Virus record (IMG/VR): IMGVR_UViG_3300027743_000358 | Location: 1 to 51,589 of that record | From: a virus | Lineage: Duplodnaviria; Caudoviricetes | Direction: 5' to 3' (one strand) | DNA length: 51,589 nucleotides | Shown: positions 1 to 11,600 of the stretch, one piece after another | Layout of the letters: every line of letters begins with the position of its first letter | Numbering within the stretch: the first letter of the stretch is position 1 | Notes under the pieces: model-generated | Databases searched by the model: none | The model's input: the letters and a program-made list of their open reading frames with translations, nothing else | Told to the model about the DNA's origin: nothing | Made by a program: the position numbers and the translations under genes

Positions 1-136
1 GCAACGACTCAAGCGAAATTAAATGATGTAATAAAGATTACGTCTATTTCGCTTTATACAGATGATAATAGAAGATTTAATTTACCAAGTTTAGGAAAGA
101 ATCCTAAGTTTAAGGTTTTTTGCGGTGCCGATCAAC
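1..136. repeat. Terminal overlap, copy 1 (circular assembly overlap)
   Basis: Matches 51453-51589 except CTCAAGCG here versus CTCAAAGCG at the far end. Confidence 0.95.
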
Positions 137-306
137 CCATCTCATATAATTTCTTTAGGAGTATTGGCGTAGATGTTATGGGTGGAGACGTCAGCCAACA
201 GGATATATTCTCTGTTATAGAGGCGACATATCCAGATGGCAAGAAACTTCAAATTTGGGTTTCAGAAGTTAACCCTTCTGTTTCTTGGAGCTTAATAATT
301 AATTAA
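1..306 (+). CDS. Hypothetical protein, 3' part of the junction-spanning ORF
   Basis: Open frame to TAA 304-306, five bases before the next ATG at 312. Confidence 0.75.
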   Translation, partial: ATTQAKLNDVIKITSISLYTDDNRRFNLPSLGKNPKFKVFCGADQPISYNFFRSIGVDVMGGDVSQQDIFSVIEATYPDGKKLQIWVSEVNPSVSWSLIIN

Positions 307-311
307 AATAT

Positions 312-1079
312 ATGGCAGATAATGTAGATATAACACCAGGTACTGGAGCAACTGTCGCAGCTGACGAGATCGATGGTGTGAAATATCAACGTGTTAAAAT
401 AGTAGTAGGAACTGAGGGGGCTAATGATGGAGATGCTTCATCTACCACTCCTCTTCCGATATCTGGTGCAGTGACCAATGCAGATATTACTTCATGTAAA
501 ACTGCACTAGAGATAATCGATGATTGGGACGATTCCAATTATTGTAATGTTAATCTTAATATAGCAGGTGCCGATGTCACAGCAGGAGCTGGCGCTGTGG
601 CAGCGACGACTCAACGCATAACATTAGCTAGTGATGATCCCGCGGTTGTATCTTTAGCAATTTTAGACGATTGGGATTCAGGAGATACTTGTAAGGTTAC
701 AGCACAAGCTGGAACAGCAGCGATAGGCAAACTCCTACCACCAGATGTAGATGTAACAACAAACTCTAATTATACAAAGAAATATTATACAAACGCAGGA
801 GCAGTTACTGATGGAATTATATGGAGTCCAGGAGCTGGAAAAAGATGGCATATACATACTATCTATATCAATGTTTCAGCTGCGGCGACGGTTACGTTGG
901 AAGATGATTTAGCTGGTGGAGATTCTGCGATATGGAAAGGAGAATTAGCAGCAAACTCTGGAGTAGTAATGACATTCCCTGAAAAATATCCTTGGGCATC
1001 TGGAGAAGATGCTGCAGATTTAATTGTAACCACTTCTGCTGGAAATGTTTACATAACAGTAACTGGTTACGAAATATAA
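312..1079 (+). CDS. Putative virion structural protein
   Basis: Gly/Ala/Thr/Asp-rich with an internal repeat (LEIIDDWD / LAILDDWD); lies in the structural operon. Confidence 0.6.
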   Translation: MADNVDITPGTGATVAADEIDGVKYQRVKIVVGTEGANDGDASSTTPLPISGAVTNADITSCKTALEIIDDWDDSNYCNVNLNIAGADVTAGAGAVAATTQRITLASDDPAVVSLAILDDWDSGDTCKVTAQAGTAAIGKLLPPDVDVTTNSNYTKKYYTNAGAVTDGIIWSPGAGKRWHIHTIYINVSAAATVTLEDDLAGGDSAIWKGELAANSGVVMTFPEKYPWASGEDAADLIVTTSAGNVYITVTGYEI

Positions 1080-1092
1080 TTAACATAATATA

Positions 1093-2103
1093 ATGTCTTG
1101 GTTAGCAGGTTGGTTATATAGAAAGGCAATAACAATAGCACACACTGATGACGGAGCTCAAACTAACTATCAGGTTAAACTTTTAGTTGGAGAGAGTTCT
1201 GGGGCAACGGGAGAACAGTTTGATTTGGCATCACATTGTGCTACTACATTTGATGATGTTAGATTTACTACTTCTGACGGAGAAACCCTTTGCGATTATT
1301 GGATAGAATCTATAACTGGAGCAACCCCGAATCAACTCGCAACGATATGGGTAGAAGTTCCGAGCGTTGCAGCACACCCTGACGATACTATTATCTATGT
1401 TTATTATGGAAATGCTGGTGCAGCAGCAGCAAGTAATGGGACTAACACATTTATAAAGTTTGATAATTTTGAGAGGGGAGCTAATGGTGATGCTGTTGGA
1501 GGAGATTGGACAGATGGAACTGGTCAATGTGACATCTCAACAGAACAGGACATAGGAGATGTTACGGGATTTACAGGAACTCGTTCGTGTAAACTTAATG
1601 GTCTATTGGGGACTGCCCCGTTAATGACTATTGTAAAAGCGTATGCTACTGGTTATGCTTATAGGTTTAGATTATATAAAGAGAATGCAGCTAGGTTTTT
1701 TACAACACACGGAAATGGAACGGAGAGGGTCTATATTAGGATTAACACCGATGAAAAGGTTCAGTATTACAATGGTGCGTATAACGATACTGGAACAAAC
1801 ATTACCCCAGATTCGTGGAGGTTGGTAGAGATTAACGATATAGATTTGTCTGTTCCAAAATACGATATATGGTTAGATGGTTCTAAAATTCAAGACAACG
1901 CTGACACTTATGCAAATGCAGCTGGCAATGGCACGATTAGCATATCTGGTTCTAACGTTGCTGATGGAGACGATGACTGGATAGATGATTTTATTGTAAG
2001 ACAATGGACAGCTACTGAACCAGCATATAGTTCTATAGCCGCAGAGGAAGTTCCCTTAATTAAAGATATAATAGGAGGAGGATTTATTCTCTTTCTGAGA
2101 TAA
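1093..2103 (+). CDS. DUF2341-domain virion protein with lectin-like C-terminal half
   Basis: W-x-Y-R-K-x-I-T-I...NYQV...DVRFT..DG.TL.DYWIE...IWVEVP...IYVYYGN...F..FDNFE...IDDFIVR pattern. Confidence 0.8.
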   Translation: MSWLAGWLYRKAITIAHTDDGAQTNYQVKLLVGESSGATGEQFDLASHCATTFDDVRFTTSDGETLCDYWIESITGATPNQLATIWVEVPSVAAHPDDTIIYVYYGNAGAAAASNGTNTFIKFDNFERGANGDAVGGDWTDGTGQCDISTEQDIGDVTGFTGTRSCKLNGLLGTAPLMTIVKAYATGYAYRFRLYKENAARFFTTHGNGTERVYIRINTDEKVQYYNGAYNDTGTNITPDSWRLVEINDIDLSVPKYDIWLDGSKIQDNADTYANAAGNGTISISGSNVADGDDDWIDDFIVRQWTATEPAYSSIAAEEVPLIKDIIGGGFILFLR

Positions 2104-2104
2104 T

Positions 2105-2317
2105 ATGATGGATAGAATACATATATTATATATAATATCAATAATTCTACTATTGCTGTTCTCGTGGACGTATTTTCATAACAGTTCCGTTGAATTGAAA
2201 TATCAATATAACAATGGATATATGGCCGGTAAGCTTTTCACAGACACAGAGCTAAAGAATTGTTATTCTATTATGGAATTGTTTGTTCCAGTAGATGATG
2301 GTTATAGTGTGATTTAG
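2105..2317 (+). CDS. Small membrane protein
   Basis: N-terminal hydrophobic helix ILYIISIILLLLFSW. Confidence 0.55.
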   Translation: MMDRIHILYIISIILLLLFSWTYFHNSSVELKYQYNNGYMAGKLFTDTELKNCYSIMELFVPVDDGYSVI

Positions 2318-2352
2318 TATGTTGTATTAATAATTAATATTGAGTAAATATA

Positions 2353-4881
2353 ATGGCTTGGTTAACGGGTTGGTCATACAGGAAGCCGATTACAATCACT
2401 GGTCAAGCTGGTGCAACCGCGAATTATCAGATCAAGCTGTTATTGGGTGAATCGTCTGGAGCAACCGGTGAGAACTTTGATGTAGGATCTAAGTCTAATG
2501 CTTTTCCGTCTGACCAGAATATTAGTGGAGATATAAGATTTACAGATAATGATGGAGAAACGTTATTAGATTTTTGGGTAGAAGACGTGTCTGGAGATAC
2601 GCCAAACAGGCTGGCGACTATTTGGGTCGAGGTTAAAGATGCACCGTCTTCAGACATAACGATATATTGCTATTACGGAGGGGACGACACCAATGTAAGT
2701 AGTGGAGAAGATACATTCATATTATTCGATGACTTCGAAAGGGGAGATGATGGAGATGCTATAGGTGGTATTTGGACAACAACGACAGGGTCGTCGATAG
2801 ATACTGCACAAGCGTATAGCGGTACTAGGTCTGCGTTATTGCCTAGGGAATCCGCAAATAGTTATTTGTACAAAACGTATAACGCTGCATCTAATGCATA
2901 TGCCATAAGATGTAGGATGATGGTTCAGCCCATATCTAGCAGTGTGATTAATGCACAAAAATATTTTATCAACCACGGAGACGGTGTCACCAGGACGATA
3001 CCATGCGTAGCTAATAGTGACGAGGGAATAAATTATTTTTCTGGAGGATGGCAAGATTCTGGTGCAGATTTAGGGGCTAATACCTGGGGATTAATTGAGG
3101 TAAACCATATTGATTTTGATACTAATAAATATGACATATGGCTTAATAATGTTAGGATAGTCAATGATATATCTCAACAGGTGGCAGCATGGTCAACTAA
3201 CTCTATAGAGTTTAGTAATCAAGCTGGTTCCGGAGACGTGAATTTCTGGATTGATGATTTTATAGTAAGGAATTGGAACACAACAGAACCATCATACGGT
3301 TCATCCGGATCGGAAGAAGAACCGTCTATGATAGGCAGACCAATAGGATTGCTTTTATCACTTACTATTTCATCAGTTTCTACAGATGACGATAGAGACA
3401 TAGGAATTGGATCATCTGATAATAGTCAGTCAGATAGATCAGTATCTACATACGGAGTAGACACCATATCTTCTGATATATCAATAGAACTTATTGGAAA
3501 GTCTGCATCGCTATCAGACGTTAACCTGGTATTATCCGGTTCAGATACATTGTCGTCAGATATAGATCTGTCGCTACATGGAAAATTAATATCATCGTCT
3601 GATGCCAATCTAGAGTTGGGATCGGTAGCCTCATTTACATCAGATATAGACATTATTCTTCATGGAGTCGATACCTCTGACAGTGAAAGGGCTATAGAGA
3701 TCGGATCCTGGATCACTGAATCAGATGACAGGGCAATACAGGTTTATGGAGTTGATTCCTCTGATTCGGATATATCATTGGCCATGCACGGAGAACAATC
3801 CGTCGACAGTGTCATCAACATAATCTCAGGAGGAAAGGATATCAAGTCAGCAGAAATATCTATTGTGTTATATGCGGAAGATTCTGGTTCTAGCGACGCG
3901 CTAGTCGAGATCAACTCAAAAGATACTGCTACTTCGGAAACAGACTTGGTACTGCATGGGAAGAATTCATGTAGCGGAACAATAAATTTAGAGTTGTCTG
4001 GCATATCATCGTATGACGACTATAGAGATATTGTAATATATAGTCAAGATACTTCATCATCGGATAGAACATTAGAGATTCTTCCAGAGGACGTCGGAAG
4101 CTCAGAGATATCTCTAGTAGTACACGGAGAATCAACTAGTTTATCGTATGCAGATATAATATTGCATGGTAAGGATGTAGCAGTAGGATATATAGATATA
4201 TCATTGCATGGAGTAGATACGGGGAATAGCGAAAGGGATATTGTGGTATACGGAGAGGAAATCGTATATTCAGATAGCAATGTTACATTGCACGGAAAGG
4301 ATACTGGTATTGAAGAGAGGGGAATAACCCTAGATTGCAGGCCGGTTATTAATCCGGACGATAGTGAGCGCAATATCACGTTGTATGGTTCAGCGACAGA
4401 GTCTACAGACAGGGAGATATCTATTCTTTCTAAAGATTCGTTTTACGGAGACGTATCGATAGTCTTATGCGGTAAGATAGACGTTACAGAAGATAGGACA
4501 ATCCTATTACATGGAGAGAATACCGATTCGTCTTACAGGACTATTAATATATATTCCGAGGATACATTAACCGGAGCGAGGACGCTGGATCTTCACGGTG
4601 TAGATACTTCCTATGATGAAATACAGACAGTATTACATGGCAAGTCTTTGCTCGACGGATCAATAGGGCTAGAATTATATGGTGTAGCCAAGACGTTATT
4701 AGATATTACAGTAGGGATATCAAGGATAGTACCGTCGTCTAATATAATGTCGTGTAAGCCAGAATCGGTTGATCTTACTGGCGTAAAACCAGTTTCTAAG
4801 TCCTTGACAAACAGTTCACTAATGCACTATAATATAAGTAGTACACATATGCCTAAAGAAAACAAACCAACAGCAAAATAA
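2353..4881 (+). CDS. DUF2341-domain protein with long ~14-aa beta-repeat stalk
   Basis: N-terminal ~320 aa paralogous to 1093-2103, followed by many repeats of the type LHGxDTxxSERxIx. Confidence 0.8.
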   Translation: MAWLTGWSYRKPITITGQAGATANYQIKLLLGESSGATGENFDVGSKSNAFPSDQNISGDIRFTDNDGETLLDFWVEDVSGDTPNRLATIWVEVKDAPSSDITIYCYYGGDDTNVSSGEDTFILFDDFERGDDGDAIGGIWTTTTGSSIDTAQAYSGTRSALLPRESANSYLYKTYNAASNAYAIRCRMMVQPISSSVINAQKYFINHGDGVTRTIPCVANSDEGINYFSGGWQDSGADLGANTWGLIEVNHIDFDTNKYDIWLNNVRIVNDISQQVAAWSTNSIEFSNQAGSGDVNFWIDDFIVRNWNTTEPSYGSSGSEEEPSMIGRPIGLLLSLTISSVSTDDDRDIGIGSSDNSQSDRSVSTYGVDTISSDISIELIGKSASLSDVNLVLSGSDTLSSDIDLSLHGKLISSSDANLELGSVASFTSDIDIILHGVDTSDSERAIEIGSWITESDDRAIQVYGVDSSDSDISLAMHGEQSVDSVINIISGGKDIKSAEISIVLYAEDSGSSDALVEINSKDTATSETDLVLHGKNSCSGTINLELSGISSYDDYRDIVIYSQDTSSSDRTLEILPEDVGSSEISLVVHGESTSLSYADIILHGKDVAVGYIDISLHGVDTGNSERDIVVYGEEIVYSDSNVTLHGKDTGIEERGITLDCRPVINPDDSERNITLYGSATESTDREISILSKDSFYGDVSIVLCGKIDVTEDRTILLHGENTDSSYRTINIYSEDTLTGARTLDLHGVDTSYDEIQTVLHGKSLLDGSIGLELYGVAKTLLDITVGISRIVPSSNIMSCKPESVDLTGVKPVSKSLTNSSLMHYNISSTHMPKENKPTAK

Positions 4882-4882
4882 T

Positions 4883-6247
4883 ATGAGAATTTTACCAATT
4901 TCTAATAAAATATTGACCCAGGATAGGAAGGGTTCACACTTAACTGCGGATGTCGCCGCCGGGTCATCGACCATAACAGTATCGAGCATACTGGGTTTTG
5001 CGATTAATCAAGTTATCCTTATAGGAGAATTTGGTAACGAGAAGAGCGAAATTATAAAGACACATACCTCTACCGCACCAACCGGATTTACGGTAACATT
5101 AAATTCTACATTGTCAACTGCTCACTCTGGCGGTACATATGTCACGATATTAGACTGGGATCAGGTTGAGATCTCTTGGTCAGCGACCACAACTGGCGCT
5201 AAAGCAATTTTAGATACCATTGCGCTGCAGGCAGATCAAAATGAAACACTATACACTGATACCGTGGAGAGCACTGGATATTATTTTGTTAGGTACAAAA
5301 ATTCATTTTCACCAGCGTCCTATTCTGAATATTCAGATCCGATACCATGGGGAGGATTTGGTACTAACACTGTAAATTATATAATTCAATATGCATTAGG
5401 ACATAACGGATTAGCCGACTTCGGAGATATAATCACTCATCAATTTTGTATAGACGAGATTAACGCTTGTCTACAATATATTAGAGGAAAGCTTAAGAAG
5501 TGGCATAGATTACAATCGTTTAATTATGACCTAGGAGATACCGCGAGAGGAGTATATTCATATGCTCTTCCAAGCGACATGTGGTCATATTCAAACAAAT
5601 GTATTTTAGACGTTAGAGTCGGAGATAATTCTGGGCTAACATATATAGATAAAAAAGAATTGGAGGATCAAATGGACGGAGTCAACCAGACAACTGTTAG
5701 TGTTCAAGCATCTGCTGGCTCTACTAGCGTATCACTGGTCAACACATATGACTTTGACGATAGCGGAACAGTGAATATCGGTGGTTCCGATATAACATAT
5801 ACTTCAAACACTAGATCAACCGGAGTTTTGTCTGGAATACCAGCTACCGGGACTGGTTCTATTGGATCTACAATTACGGTCGGGACAAATGTATGGCAAG
5901 GAGAAACAGAAGGAGAGGCAGAATATTATACTGTGTACGGAGGATCTTTATACATCTGGCCGTTACCAGGATCTAGCGACGACAACTTTAATATTTATTT
6001 AGATTATTGGAAGGAAGCCCCATCTATTGATAGTGACGCTGATACTATCGACATATCAAGATATGATATGGTAAAATATTGGTTGACATGGGCGATTAGA
6101 AGTCAATATAAAAATGGTGGACAGAAGAATTTAAACGATGGAGATTTCTTGTTGTTTCAAACAATGCTTAAGGACTCTATCAACACAGAACTAACTGGTC
6201 AAAAATATAAGTGGAAACCACGTATAAATCAAATATTATACAGATAA
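4883..6247 (+). CDS. Putative head-tail adaptor / tail tubular protein
   Basis: C-terminal half has adaptor-like motifs (YSYALPSD; YYTVYGGSLYIWPLP...IYLDYWK); lies upstream of the nozzle-like gene. Confidence 0.55.
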   Translation: MRILPISNKILTQDRKGSHLTADVAAGSSTITVSSILGFAINQVILIGEFGNEKSEIIKTHTSTAPTGFTVTLNSTLSTAHSGGTYVTILDWDQVEISWSATTTGAKAILDTIALQADQNETLYTDTVESTGYYFVRYKNSFSPASYSEYSDPIPWGGFGTNTVNYIIQYALGHNGLADFGDIITHQFCIDEINACLQYIRGKLKKWHRLQSFNYDLGDTARGVYSYALPSDMWSYSNKCILDVRVGDNSGLTYIDKKELEDQMDGVNQTTVSVQASAGSTSVSLVNTYDFDDSGTVNIGGSDITYTSNTRSTGVLSGIPATGTGSIGSTITVGTNVWQGETEGEAEYYTVYGGSLYIWPLPGSSDDNFNIYLDYWKEAPSIDSDADTIDISRYDMVKYWLTWAIRSQYKNGGQKNLNDGDFLLFQTMLKDSINTELTGQKYKWKPRINQILYR

Positions 6248-6248
6248 T

Positions 6249-6825
6249 ATGCCAAAAGGTATCAAGGGATTTCAAAAAGGGCACCAATCGTTTGTTACGG
6301 AAAATGGTTTAATAAAGATAGGTGAGCGCACAAAGGAGAGATGGATCGCTGGTAAAATGAATGGGTTTATTAAGGGGACTATACCGTGGAATAAGGGGAA
6401 AAATCTTTCCGAAGAACATAGAAAAAAAACTTAGTATCGCTAAGATAGGAAAACAAGGCAATAATAAAGGGAAACATTGGAAGGTAAATGATTCTTGCAG
6501 GGCTAGTTTTTGTAGATTTGGCGATAAGAATCCAGCATGGAGAGGCGGTGTCACAAAATTGCATGGGTATAAAAGTCATTGGAACGCGGAGTATAGGGCC
6601 AGGAAAAAAGGCGCAGAGGGATGTCACGAATTGGGAGAATGGGAAAACTTGAAAGCTCAATACAATTGGACCTGTCCATGTTGCGGGAAGAAAGAACCAG
6701 ATATCAAATTAACAGAAGATCATATAATTCCACTTATTAAGGGAGGATCAAACAATATAGAGAATATACAACCATTGTGTAGAAGTTGTAACTGTGAAAA
6801 ACACACAAAAATAATTAAGTATTAA
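6249..6825 (+). CDS. NUMOD3 + HNH homing endonuclease split by a +1 frameshift at A8 (6422-6429)
   Basis: ORF 6249-6434 ends PWNKGKNLSEEHRKK and the +1 frame continues KKLSIAKIG...CPCCG...DHIIPLIKGGSNNIENIQPLCRSCN; removing one A gives a ~191-aa protein. Confidence 0.85.
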
Positions 6826-6841
6826 TAATTAAAATAAGAAA

Positions 6842-8653
6842 ATGGCACAAATCGATTCTATTACAATAAGGGATTTAAGCGGAGGAATCGTGCAGAAGGT
6901 GAGCGACGAACTCGCCACGAAGGCATCTGTGAACTTTGCACAGAATCTTAGGTTCGACAAAGTCTTAGGAAGGGCGACATTAAGGGAAGGCACATCTCTT
7001 ATAGGAGCGCAAATGACTGATACGTATTCTATATTAGGATTACATCAGTTTAATCTGTCAACTGGAACAAGTTATTTTATAGCAGTATGTGATGCGTCAG
7101 ATCACGCACATCCATACTTGTTATCTACCGGAACATGGACAGCGAAGACGCCAGTCTTGACTAAATTACTTAAATGTAATATAACAACATTCTTAGATAC
7201 TGTTTTGATTTTAAACGGTACCGAGAAATTCGCTTCAGAAGACGGTTCTAGCTGGGTTAGTAACTCTACCGTTCCTACCGCATGTACGGCCGCAAATTCC
7301 GGGACTGCTGGGTTAGTAACTGCTGGTACACACTATTATAAGATATCATTTGTTACTGCGGCAGGAGAAACGTTAGCTGGAGCGGCATCGTCTGTTATCA
7401 CGGCAGATGGAACAAAGAAAGTAGATTTAACAAACATACCAACCGGCGTATCTGGTGAGTGTACTCAAAGAAAGATATATAGGACCAAAGCTAACACAGA
7501 GGTTACAAGCACATATTATTATGTAGACGTTATTAACGACAATACAACCGCCACGTATGCGGATAACGATACAGACGCAGAAATTACTGTTGCCAGTTTA
7601 ACAGTTGGAACTGCCGGTACGAACTTAAATGTGGGAGATATGCCGATAGGGAAGTATGCAGTAGAATGGCATGATAGATTATATGTCGCAGGGGTTACTG
7701 GGTACCTAAACAGGCTATATTATTCGTCCACACCAACCAACAACATAGTTCAATGGTCTGGAGCAGGATCTGGGTATATAGATATAGAAGCCTATGAGGG
7801 CAGTGGAGTTATAAACGCTATTGCCAAGGTCCCAGGATATCTATTAATATTTAAGGATAGGTCTTTAAACAGATGGAACGGTAGTTCTACTTTTCCAGAC
7901 GACCTATGTTCTATAGGCGCACCTAATCAAAGATGTGTAGTATTGGGGAGAAGAACAGTGTACTATTTTAGTTCTGGATTCAAGGAATCAATCGGGTTCT
8001 ATGAGACCAATGGGGAGACAACCAGAAAGATCTCTAGACCAATACAAGGGATAGTAGAAGCGATCTCTTCTGCTAACTATACGTCAGTTGCCGGATTCTC
8101 AGATGGAGAGATAGCGATGTGGTCCATTGGAGACATAACATGGCAAGGAAGTTCATATACTAACTGTGTTGTTTTATATCACATAGACACACAGACATGG
8201 ACATTGTTAACATTTCCAACCGAATTCAAAGTATTTTCTCCATATATTGACGGGACAACTTTAAAGATAGCCGGAGGAGATGACGATGGACAGGTTATAG
8301 AGATTTTCGATGGTGGATATGTAGACGACATAACTGGAAGCTTGAATCAAGCCATTACATACGCGTTACAATATCATCCAATAGACCTAGGAAGCAGATC
8401 ACTAATGAAAGAAATTGTTAGTGTGATACCACATATGGAAAATGTAGCCTCGTCAACCTTATCTTATAGGTTAGACAAGAAAGGTGGATTCACTTCTTAT
8501 GGAACAGTTACGAGCAATTATGATACAGAGTTGAATACAATTATTCACGGGCATGCATTCGAATTTAAATTCTCTGGAAGTCAAAGTTCTTCTTTAGAGA
8601 TTATAGGACTTGATCTTATCACACCAGAGGTCGCATTGTCAGTCAAGATATAA
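6842..8653 (+). CDS. Putative tail nozzle / tail tubular protein B-like, with inserted Ig-like domain
   Basis: Propeller-like motifs (WHDRLYVAG, NRLYYS, LLIFKDRS, SIGAPNQRCVV, RKISRPI); insert YYKISFV...GET...RKIYRT...YAD. Confidence 0.65.
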   Translation: MAQIDSITIRDLSGGIVQKVSDELATKASVNFAQNLRFDKVLGRATLREGTSLIGAQMTDTYSILGLHQFNLSTGTSYFIAVCDASDHAHPYLLSTGTWTAKTPVLTKLLKCNITTFLDTVLILNGTEKFASEDGSSWVSNSTVPTACTAANSGTAGLVTAGTHYYKISFVTAAGETLAGAASSVITADGTKKVDLTNIPTGVSGECTQRKIYRTKANTEVTSTYYYVDVINDNTTATYADNDTDAEITVASLTVGTAGTNLNVGDMPIGKYAVEWHDRLYVAGVTGYLNRLYYSSTPTNNIVQWSGAGSGYIDIEAYEGSGVINAIAKVPGYLLIFKDRSLNRWNGSSTFPDDLCSIGAPNQRCVVLGRRTVYYFSSGFKESIGFYETNGETTRKISRPIQGIVEAISSANYTSVAGFSDGEIAMWSIGDITWQGSSYTNCVVLYHIDTQTWTLLTFPTEFKVFSPYIDGTTLKIAGGDDDGQVIEIFDGGYVDDITGSLNQAITYALQYHPIDLGSRSLMKEIVSVIPHMENVASSTLSYRLDKKGGFTSYGTVTSNYDTELNTIIHGHAFEFKFSGSQSSSLEIIGLDLITPEVALSVKI

Positions 8654-8654
8654 T

Positions 8655-11600
8655 ATGGCTACTAGGAAGTATCGTAAGATAGATGCTTACCTCAATAAGG
8701 CAGAAAATAATCTATCTGAAACAATTAATAAGTTTGGAGAGAAGGTCGGTGCGATAACAATAGCGCCGTCCATGGCAGACATGCCAGTTCCTCAATCTTT
8801 AGCGAAGACTGAGGGAAACAACTCTTTAGACAAGGGGAAACTAATAGGAGAACAATTATCTCCTATTAGTGTTGCCCAGAACGATACTACTAGTGCGATA
8901 ACTCCTGCCTCCGATTCTCAGATGGAAAATGGCAGGATGATAGGAGACAAGTTGGATTCTATAAATCAGATTCCCAATGAATCTATCGGCTCTATCGGAA
9001 CGTCAGACGCTGCATTATTAGAGAGAAGTAGAGTTACGGGAGAACAGCTTCCTGCCATAAACGCTTCTTTGGAAATATCACAGTCTATGGATAGGATACC
9101 GAACAACGATAGTCCCATAGACGCTGGATTTGTAAAGGGGACTCCGATACCAGAATCACAAATAGTATCTGAGGAGCCGAGTATACCACTACCAGATTAC
9201 CATGCAAATCTTGTTGTCCCACAAGATGTTTTGACTATTTCCAATAATACAGAGATGCCGATAGCCGGCTCCATGGCTAGCGCCATATCAGAGGTTAACC
9301 CATCTACAATAGCATCTGGCGAACTAAATGGAAATACAATAATGAAGTCTGGATATCTTAGATCGTCTAATTATGTTGCAGGGGCAGACGGATGGGATAT
9401 AGAATTTGATGGTACGGCTCAGTTCAATAATATAACCCTTATAGGCGGATCATTAAGATATGGAAAGACGTCATTCGATGATTCTACAAACCCAGGATAT
9501 TATCTTGGATCAGAGGGAGTTTATATAGGCTCCGCATCTGACGCCACTAAACTTAAGTTTACTATAGCGGGCGGCGCATATGATTTTATAGGAACGGTGT
9601 CTAGTAGGTTAACGTCTACATTGGCATTGGCCATAGATGTAGACGGACACTTTGTAGACGATACTCTCAGTACTGCATCGAAAACTATATTGGACGAATT
9701 CACTTTCGGCGTATCAGGAGCTTTACAAATTGGTACATACTCTAATGGCGTTTCTGGTGACATTAGAATAAGTCCCAATGGTATATTGGGTAGGAATAGT
9801 GCAGGAGATACTACATTTTCTATAGACGGCACCACTGGTGATGCTACATTTGGAGGTACACTCGTAGCAGCGTCTGGTACTTTTGGCACAATAACGTCTG
9901 GTTCGTTAACTGGACTTACTATAACCGGAGGAACAATACAGACAGATACAAGCGGAAGGAGATTATACATGACATCGAGCGGGTTATACGGCAATGATTC
10001 AGACTCTCATGAAACCATGCTACTTACAGGAGACGGTAGACTGTTGATCCATAACTTCACTCAAGATATGGGGATATATGCGGTGAATGCGAAGATTAAC
10101 AGTAATATTACTTTTGACGGAGCGACACTACAAAATAGACCGTTGATTATAGACGGGGGAGACTACACCAACATATCGCATGTTTTGAGCTTAGAGCAGT
10201 GGGCCCCAAAGATGGGCGCTAACGCCACAAAGACTGGAACCGGTACAGTATCTCTAGTGAGAGAAATGGCGTCTGGTATTGGAGACGGCAATACTATGGA
10301 TGTTTTTGGTACCAATAAGGGTACAACTCATAAACACTACAAAGTTGAGATAGACGGAGTGGGTTCCCCTAATACATTTAAGTGGTCTGACGATGGGGGA
10401 TCGACATGGGACGCTACAACAGTAGCTATTACGGGATCATCACAGACGCTAACAAGTGCGGATGGTTCGACTGCTACGTTAAAATTTAGCGGTACTACTG
10501 GTGGTGTTTCTGGAGACTATTGGACATTTGTCCTTGGATCGTATACGGATTATGATGATACATTTAAGAGAATGGTATTCTTCGGGACTGGAGTAGGTTC
10601 TGGACCATCACTATGGTTGTCAGATGGAACTACTCCGAATGGTAACCTTACAGGAGATGCTGGAGACCTATGTATATACGGGGATAGTGGCAAAATGTAT
10701 ATATGTTCGGGTACAACAAACTGGAATACATGGAATAATAGTCCGTTTACGCATACATACACTGCTGGAGAGAACCTATCCGCGGACGAGGTAGTATGCC
10801 TAAAAAACACATATGCGGATATACAACCGTCAGACGATACAATGGATTATAGCGCATACGGTGATACCAACTATAATGATTTAGACGATATATTAATGAA
10901 GGCAAATTATGGGTCTGGACAGGAATTTGGATATATGAAATTTTCCATGGATAGCGTGCCAGCAGATATACAACTAGCAATATTAAGATTTTACCACAGA
11001 GGGTTCACCGGAAGCGGGCCAGTAACATTGACATTTTCTGTCGCAGATGCAGATTGGGACGAGGATACATTGACATGGAACAATCACCCGGATCCGTCTA
11101 CTGAATGGGGGTTGTACGAGGGAATTGGAGCGGGGACGATAGGGACATGGATAGAACTAGATATTACACACTTAGTAAGGGGATGGAAGGGTGGATTTTT
11201 GAATAATTATGGTATAGTCATATCTGTTTCCGGTAATTCCGGAGAAGTTAGAATAGATACCAAGGAAGAAGATGGATATGAACCGCATATAAGGGTTTGG
11301 GACAATACCACATGTGACGGAAAAGCGTATAAGGCCCAGGACGGTGAGTTCGACGATTTGAATAATAAAATGTATCCAACAGTTAGGAATGTTTTAGGAA
11401 TTGTAACTGTTGGAGGAAATGCTGAGGCGTCTATTACCGTACAAGATGTGAACGGATCTATAGTAGATGGAGTATCTGGCGTTACCGCCGGTAATATATA
11501 TAATGTCAGCTCTGCTGCGGGAGATTTAATTTCTACAGAGGGAGAGTTAAGGCACATCACACTGGTTGGGACTGGAGTAGGAAGTGAATCTATCAGGTTA

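Noticed and set aside
1-136. Physical direct terminal repeat of the virion DNA
   Set aside because: It falls in the middle of an ORF and its length is typical of an assembler overlap; more likely a circular assembly artefact
1093-3320. Diversity-generating retroelement acting on the paralogous lectin-like genes
   Set aside because: No reverse transcriptase and no near-identical TR/VR pair differing only at adenines
3340-4700. CRISPR array or nucleotide tandem repeat
   Set aside because: The periodicity is at protein level with degenerate codons; no identical repeats with unique spacers anywhere in the window
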